Shown: piece after piece, positions 58,307 to 64,000 of the stretch
How the letters are laid out: each line of letters opens with the position of its first letter
How positions within the stretch are numbered: position 1 is the first letter of the stretch
From: an archaeon
GTDB taxonomy: Archaea > Nanobdellota > Nanobdellia > Pacearchaeales > GW2011-AR1
Assembly: GCA_043797265.1 (NCBI GenBank)
Contig: JAZDPV010000012.1
Span: forward strand, 32,001-96,000
Length of the DNA stretch: 64,000 nucleotides
Direction of reading: 5' to 3'
The notes under the pieces: model-generated
What the model saw: only the letters and a program-made list of their open reading frames with translations
Told to the model about the DNA's origin: nothing
The model's database searches: none
Program-made: the position numbers and the translations under genes

Positions 58307-58570
58307 ATGACAATTAAAAAAATACCAGCCGGAAAAATCACAACCATAAAACTTTTGGACGAAACAAAACTCCGAATCGAAAAACTCCGACAAAACAAGG
58401 GCGAATCCTACGACGACATTCTAAGAAAAATTCTCTACATCTTAAACACCGCCCGAGACGAACCCGACAAGGCAAAACGAATCCTTGAAAGAATTTCTGA
58501 ACTTCGAAACCGAATGCTCGAAGAAGAAAGACAACAAAAAGAAGATCTAAAGAAAGAAAATGGAAAATAA
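58307..58570 (+). CDS. Small RHH-like DNA-binding protein
   Basis: ITTIKLLDETKLRIEKL...ESYDDILRKI. Confidence 0.65.
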   Translation: MTIKKIPAGKITTIKLLDETKLRIEKLRQNKGESYDDILRKILYILNTARDEPDKAKRILERISELRNRMLEEERQQKEDLKKENGK

Positions 58571-58957
58571 TAATGAAAAAAGAAAACCCCTTTAATAAAA
58601 AATCCAAAAAATAACAGAAGAAAGAACTACTCAAGAATTTAAAGAATATATCGTCGGAGGAACTATATACTTTTATACTCTTCTAACATATCCTCACGAA
58701 ATATCTCTTAAAGAAGCAAAAAACTAGAAAAACTATGTGACGAAAATGGATTTTTTCATGAACAAAAAATTATTCCAAATACCCCCCTTGCCGAAATCTA
58801 CGATACATCTTTAAAGACGATATGAACAATAAAAATTCCTATAGCCTTAATCATTACAAAAGATTAGGAAAACCAAAAATCATAAAAAATACAAAAAAGA
58901 AATTTGTATTTTAGAATCTATCTTTCAATAATCCGCCTTCTTCCTATAACCTATCCT

Positions 58958-59746
58958 CTATTGTCTATTAACTAATTCCCACTCTCTCATCCCAACAACC
59001 GAATCCACAACAGCGTCGGGACTTTCGCAAATCAAAACAATATCCTTATCTAAATCCCTAAGAAAATCAAGCAACTTTCTCCACTCAGACAAAGGCGTCA
59101 CCAAATGTTTCTTCTCCCCCTTCTCACCAAACTCAATCCCAGAAAAATGCACATGCCAATTCTTCAACTTAAACTCGTCCCTAATTTTATCAAACTCATA
59201 CTTTCCATAACGAGCCAACACATGCGCAATATCAATACAAACCCCACATCCTGTCTCGCGAACCAACCGACCAACCTCATCAATCGAACCAAAAACATTC
59301 ACCTTCCCCATCACCTCCGGACACAACTCAACATCCCATTTATTTTCCTTCACAACTTTCATCATCTCAATTATTTCCCCCGCAATTTTATTCCCAACTT
59401 CCTCCGAACTCATACCAGTATAAAACCCCGGATGAAAAACAACTCGCTTCGCCCCAAGCCACGACGCGACCTCGCAACATTTCAAAATCCTCGTCTTCGA
59501 CATCTCAACTTTTTTCTCGTCCTTCGAATTTAAATTAACCCAATACGGCGCATGCACCGACAAAAAAATCCCCAACCTCTCCGCGACCCTCCCAATTTTC
59601 ACCGCGTCCTCTTTCTCTTTAATATAAACCCCATAAGTAAACAAAACCTCCGCCGCTCGAAATCCCAACTTGTGATACATTTCCAAATTCGCAACCGCGT
59701 CACCAACCGGACCAATCCCCGTCGGTCCAAACTTTATTTTCGACAT
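58958..59746 (-). CDS. nfo: Endonuclease IV (AP endonuclease 2 family)
   Basis: SVHAPYWVNL, VFHPG, PEVMGK..FGS, DIAH, HVHFSGI, CESP. Confidence 0.88.
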   Translation of the reverse strand: MSKIKFGPTGIGPVGDAVANLEMYHKLGFRAAEVLFTYGVYIKEKEDAVKIGRVAERLGIFLSVHAPYWVNLNSKDEKKVEMSKTRILKCCEVASWLGAKRVVFHPGFYTGMSSEEVGNKIAGEIIEMMKVVKENKWDVELCPEVMGKVNVFGSIDEVGRLVRETGCGVCIDIAHVLARYGKYEFDKIRDEFKLKNWHVHFSGIEFGEKGEKKHLVTPLSEWRKLLDFLRDLDKDIVLICESPDAVVDSVVGMREWELVNRQ

Positions 59747-59809
59747 ATAACAAAAACAATAAGCAACAATTTAAATTTATCCATCTTCCTTAAAAATTAA
59801 AACCCATAA

Positions 59810-60067
59810 TTAATTATAAACATTGTCCCTCTTGTCAATTTTCACCACGACAATTCTTTTCTCTTCGTAGTTCACACGATAAAGCACTCGATACTTCCCA
59901 ATCCTTATTCTAAACGTCGGCAATTCATATCCTAAAACTCTTTTAGCATTATGCGGAACGGGATTTTGTTTCAAAATTTCAAGTTTCTCAGAAATTCTCT
60001 CAAAAAGTTTATTTTCACACCGAGAAAGAAAATATTCAGACTGCTTATCAACTTTTATTTCGAACAT
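59810..60067 (-). CDS. RelE/ParE-family toxin
   Basis: LKQNP..FRIRIGKYRVLY..VVKIDKRDNVY. Confidence 0.88.
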   Translation of the reverse strand: MFEIKVDKQSEYFLSRCENKLFERISEKLEILKQNPVPHNAKRVLGYELPTFRIRIGKYRVLYRVNYEEKRIVVVKIDKRDNVYN

Positions 60068-60242
60068 CTCTAATTTCCTCTAAAGAAACCAAATTCCCAG
60101 ATTTCTCGTTTCTCACACTCTCGTCAAGCATTCTTCTTTCTTCTTCAGTCACAATAACATCTGCATCAACCATGTTCTCCTGTATACATTTCAAAATCTT
60201 CTCAATCCTATCTAATCTAATATCTATATTTTGCTGCTCCAT
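60048..60242 (-). CDS. Cognate antitoxin (RelB-like)
   Basis: Acidic small ORF upstream of and overlapping relE; TEEE..LDES..GNLVSLEEI. Confidence 0.7.
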   Translation of the reverse strand: MEQQNIDIRLDRIEKILKCIQENMVDADVIVTEEERRMLDESVRNEKSGNLVSLEEIRDVRNKS

Positions 60243-60313
60243 AAACAATCAACACTTCATGCCTATATAAAATTTTCTGAAACATCATCCTACAAAAGCA
60301 AATTTAAACCTTC

Positions 60314-60364
60314 CGCGTCACCAACCGACCCAATCCCCGTCGGCCCAAACTTTATTTTAGACAT
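60314..60364 (-). pseudogene. Relic duplicate of the endonuclease IV 5' end
   Basis: MSKIKFGPTGIGSVGDA vs active MSKIKFGPTGIGPVGDA (4 mismatches in 51 nt). Confidence 0.9.
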
Positions 60365-60543
60365 AATAAACACAAAACAAAAGAGAATCTAAAGATTTTC
60401 ATCAATCTCTTCAAGTCCTCTCGGACAAATATAAATAACAACACTTTGGTCACCCAAAACTTCTCTAAGATATTCTTCACTAACACATCTCGTTTCAATA
60501 TACCTTCTCATTTCTCTCACTATTGTTTCTTCGTCCATATTCT

Positions 60544-61071
60544 CTAACTCGGCACATCCAAAATTTCTAAATTAATCTTCCCCAAATTCTGAACAAGATA
60601 AGTATGCAACTTCTTAATCACCAAATCCTGCAATCCCTCTTTCAACAAACCATGACATCTCCCAATATTACTCTCCGGAATCATCACAACACCGTCGGGC
60701 AACACGCAACTCATCTTCTGATTTTCCAACTTAATCGAATCCTGATTATTCAACTCCCCCATCAACAACTCAACATCAACCATACACCCGGCATCCGAAC
60801 TACCTTTAATGGTATATTCAAAAATCATATCCGTCCCTCCAACAAACTTCGTCTTATCACAACTCTTCAAATTCTCATTGAAACAATCCCAGTTATCACA
60901 ACTTTTATAATTAAGAAACCAAAACCATACGACAACCAAAACCACAACCAACAAAATCAAAACCACAACCAACTTCCAACTTGAATACCACGACCCCTTT
61001 TCTTTTAACATCCACATTAAAACAAAACAAACTATATAAAACTTATCAAAATAAAAAATAAAGACCCTCAA
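60544..61071 (-). CDS. Hypothetical membrane-anchored Cys-containing protein (start uncertain)
   Basis: N-terminal TM, CDNWDCF, CHGLLKEGLQDL. Confidence 0.65.
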   Translation of the reverse strand: MRVFIFYFDKFYIVCFVLMWMLKEKGSWYSSWKLVVVLILLVVVLVVVWFWFLNYKSCDNWDCFNENLKSCDKTKFVGGTDMIFEYTIKGSSDAGCMVDVELLMGELNNQDSIKLENQKMSCVLPDGVVMIPESNIGRCHGLLKEGLQDLVIKKLHTYLVQNLGKINLEILDVPS

Positions 61072-61085
61072 ACGAGGGATTAATA

Positions 61086-62237
61086 TTACAACGAAATTAA
61101 TTGAACACTATCCGACGAAACTTTGCCAAATGTCTTTGCCGCCACCGCTCTCGAACCAAGTTTCTCAGCAACCTCGATCACAACATCAGTCGCAGACAAA
61201 ACCATCAAAACAAAAGCATCTCTCGCGTCAACGCTATCAAGTCTCGAAACAGAAATATTCTTGACAACTTCCAAATCCTCGTTCACAACAAGAACATTCC
61301 GTCCCTTGATTTCTGAAGCAATTTCTCTCAACTTGGCAATATCGTCGTCGCCCAAATTTCTTCGAACAACTTTGTCGCTCGACTCGACAACCGCTCTGCT
61401 CAAACCAGAATCAGACTTGTTCAAAAAAACATTTGCCGGAACTTTTTTCCTAAGTGCTTGCAAAATTTCTTTTCCAGCCAGCTCTTCAACTTCCTTGCCA
61501 TCTGGCGCAACAGCGATATAAACAACTTTCGCATTGTCACAAACATTTTGCGCAATCAGCTTTCCGCCCCTGTCACCGTCGACAAACAAAGTCAATTCCT
61601 TGCTCTCACCCAAAACTGCAATCGTCTTCGGAAATCGCGTCCCCTGCATGCCAACAACATTCTTAATTCCGCACTTCAGCAAATTGATAACATCAGCTCG
61701 CCCTTCAACAACAATAACCTCATTGGACGAATCAACATCAGGACCCGCAGCCAAACTTTCTGGACCATAACTAACAACCTTCGCGGTTCGACTCGACTCT
61801 CTCAATTCCGTTCCCATTTCTGTCGAATCCATTCCTTCGTTCTTGATCCCAGCCAACAAAGCCTTCGCTCGTTCCATGATATAATCCCGCTTAGAACCAC
61901 GAACATCAGAAATATCTCGAATCGTTATCTTCGCATCAGTCGGACCAATCTTGTCAATCGTTTCCAAAGCCGCAGCAATAATCGTCGTCTCGGTTTTATC
62001 CAAGGCAGTCGGAATAATAATCTTACCAGTTGTCTTCCCGCCCTCGCTAGTCAAATCAACTTCGATACGACCAATCTTTCCTTCCTTCTGAAGCTCTCTC
62101 AATTCCATATCAGAACCAAGCAATCCTTCAGTCTGTCCAAACAAAGCCCCGATAACATCAGGTTTCTGGAACGGACCTTCCGCTACAAAATCTGCCACAA
62201 TCGAATATTTTATCGACGTCGGACTTATCTTTGCCAT
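61086..62237 (-). CDS. dnaG: Archaeal DnaG (primase-like, exosome-associated)
   Basis: KPDVIGALFGQTEGLLG, ELQKEGKIGRI, VVEGRADV, FVDGDRGG, APDGKEVEEL. Confidence 0.95.
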   Translation of the reverse strand: MAKISPTSIKYSIVADFVAEGPFQKPDVIGALFGQTEGLLGSDMELRELQKEGKIGRIEVDLTSEGGKTTGKIIIPTALDKTETTIIAAALETIDKIGPTDAKITIRDISDVRGSKRDYIMERAKALLAGIKNEGMDSTEMGTELRESSRTAKVVSYGPESLAAGPDVDSSNEVIVVEGRADVINLLKCGIKNVVGMQGTRFPKTIAVLGESKELTLFVDGDRGGKLIAQNVCDNAKVVYIAVAPDGKEVEELAGKEILQALRKKVPANVFLNKSDSGLSRAVVESSDKVVRRNLGDDDIAKLREIASEIKGRNVLVVNEDLEVVKNISVSRLDSVDARDAFVLMVLSATDVVIEVAEKLGSRAVAAKTFGKVSSDSVQLISL

Positions 62238-62647
62238 TTCTCAGACCTCCGAGAAATGGTCAATGAATGATTTACAATCATACTTTGCCATTTTCTTCTC
62301 CATATTTAATTCATTAGAAATATACCTATCTTGAACTACTAACCGTGAATATGATAATCATGAAATACAGGTCATCCCTAACAAAAAACACAACAAATTT
62401 CAACTTATAAATCTTTCCAAATCAAAAATTCCACACATCCAGCAATTCCCAACACAAATATTTATAAAGATTTCAGCTCAGTAAAAACTAATTAAAGAGG
62501 GTAAAATAAAAAAGACCGCAGCCCGACGACGAATAATAACTTAAAACAAAATGTCTGAAAACGAAGAAAGCATAAATGCAGAATACCAGGATTTAGAAAA
62601 CGAGTTTGACCTTGAAGAAGACCTCGAATAATTTTCTTATTTTATTT

Positions 62648-63214
62648 TTAATTGTCCCCTAATAACTTTGCCTCTCTAAACATACCCAACGCTTTATACA
62701 TGCCAAACAATTTCCCCCTAATCTCACCCCTCTCAATCTCGTCCAAATCCATTTTAATCAACTTCTCATAAAATTTCACCGCCCCCAATCTCTTCCCCTT
62801 CATCTCCAAATCCCTCGCCAAAACCAAATAAATATTTTTCCTCGCCAATTTAATTTTCATCGCCTCCGCACCCTTCGCGTCCCGCCCCGCCCGAATAAAC
62901 ATTTCCTCAGCGTCGTCAATCTTCCCAATTTTCGTAAACAACTCCGCCGCATTCAAATAACTTTCAATCTTATCGCGAGCCATAACTTCCATCCCCGCCT
63001 TGTTCACCATCGCCTTCGCCGCCTTCTCAAACATTTTCCTCTCCTTATACAACTCACACAACTCTCCCCACAAAAATCTCTTAATCTCAAAATTAAATCC
63101 CGGAATTTTCACCGCCGACTCTAAATAAATAATCTTGTTCAAAGCCGTGTTCATCCCTTTCAACTTCTCCCCAATCTCCTCAACCGTCCGCTCCCGCACT
63201 TGAATCCCCATCAC
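62648..63214 (-). CDS. TPR-like helical repeat protein
   Basis: Helical Ala/Tyr-rich repeats (YLNAAELF..DDAEEMF). Confidence 0.65.
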   Translation of the reverse strand: MMGIQVRERTVEEIGEKLKGMNTALNKIIYLESAVKIPGFNFEIKRFLWGELCELYKERKMFEKAAKAMVNKAGMEVMARDKIESYLNAAELFTKIGKIDDAEEMFIRAGRDAKGAEAMKIKLARKNIYLVLARDLEMKGKRLGAVKFYEKLIKMDLDEIERGEIRGKLFGMYKALGMFREAKLLGDN

Positions 63215-63260
63215 AAAAAAATGAAGAGAGAGTTTTTAAGAATTTATATTGTAAAACATC

Positions 63261-63665
63261 TTAAGACAAATCCCTTCCTTGACAAACATACATTGTAGTT
63301 TGCACTCTAAACCATCTCGAAAGTTCTCTTTCAAATTGAGAAGTATCCTTTTTAATCCTATTTCTTATCTCAACAATCTTTTCACAAGGTATATCTACAT
63401 CCGAAATCCGCCCACCATCAATATACGAGACACCACAAAATTTTCTCCCATATTCTTCTCCATTAAACGAATATTCTACTGAGACATTACACTTTCTCAT
63501 CAAATCCCCAACCTCATTCCTCAACCTCGCCTCGTCCTCAACTTCCTCACTCCACGCAACATCACGTCGACTAGAAGAACCATCAATCACCGACGCGAAA
63601 TAACCAAGCCCCAAGCCAGCCCCGACGACGCCCCTCATAAAATCCCTTCTCGTAACCTTCTCCAT
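63261..63665 (-). CDS. Hypothetical protein with twin-arginine-like signal
   Basis: VTRRDFMRG followed by a hydrophobic segment. Confidence 0.55.
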   Translation of the reverse strand: MEKVTRRDFMRGVVGAGLGLGYFASVIDGSSSRRDVAWSEEVEDEARLRNEVGDLMRKCNVSVEYSFNGEEYGRKFCGVSYIDGGRISDVDIPCEKIVEIRNRIKKDTSQFERELSRWFRVQTTMYVCQGRDLS

Positions 63666-63720
63666 AAAAAATCCAACAGAACTTACTTTTTAAAAATTTG
63701 CATACTACAAAAAGAAAAGA

Positions 63721-63827
63721 AAAAATTAATTTATAGCAGGGAATTTCGCCGTGTAAAAAAATTCGCGATGTGCTCTCGCACATAAGAATTTTTTTACCAA
63801 GAAATTATCGCTAGAAATTAAATTTTT
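63721..63827. mobile_element. Structured inverted-repeat mini-element (family of 29086-29197)
   Basis: aaaaattaatttaTAGCagggAATTTC...GAAATTatcGCTAgaaattaaattttt; core gctctcgcacataagaa. Confidence 0.6.
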
Positions 63828-64000
63828 GAAATTATATTTTTTTCTCGACGAGACTTTTGCAAACACCCGCCGCAACTGTAACCCCAGCATCTCGAATCGC
63901 GAATCTCGCCATGTTTGGATTCTTATCAACAGACTCCAATACAAGATTCCCAATCGGCTTGATTCTTACAATAGCGACATCCCCATTCTTCAAAAAGTCT

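Noticed and set aside
58573-58920. AT-rich gene downstream of the RHH-like ORF
   Set aside because: No intact frame; it may be a decayed gene, but no family can be recognised.
62551-62631. 26-aa acidic micro-ORF (MSENEESINAEYQDLENEFDLEEDLE); also a 49-aa ORF at 60389-60538 (-)
   Set aside because: Plausible, but too short to support without conservation or expression data.

Overview
This is an archaeal DPANN chromosome segment, most consistent with Pacearchaeota/Woesearchaeota-type Nanoarchaeota. Evidence is archaeal-type gltX, proS, ileS, argS, aIF5B, aIF2-gamma, S6e/S28e/L24e/L7Ae, Kae1, deoxyhypusine synthase, Dph5, ABCE1, RNase HII, DnaG and TrmB, with TATA-like boxes about 25-30 nt before start codons. 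It also carries bacterial-type gyrAB and a DisA-like cyclase, a copper-efflux cluster, a Type IIG R-M gene and three tRNAs. The + strand is extremely C/A-rich regardless of gene direction. The most unusual signals are non-genic. (1) At least six small accessory cassettes (NYN, BrnT-like/DUF2283, HEPN/MNT, RelE pair, HEXXH ORF) sit at ends of neighbouring resident genes and are bracketed by a diverged duplicate of that gene's start, end or junction; a seventh such duplication carries no cargo. (2) A structured ~110-bp element follows two different tRNAs and carries inverted and direct copies of each host tRNA's own T-arm. (3) Strand-polarised 7/10/16-nt tandem repeats are inserted in frame in essential proteins, and one array frameshifts ileS. 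(4) Several families of covarying GAA-triloop hairpin elements are dispersed through the window. All assignments were made by eye from motifs; no database searches were run.
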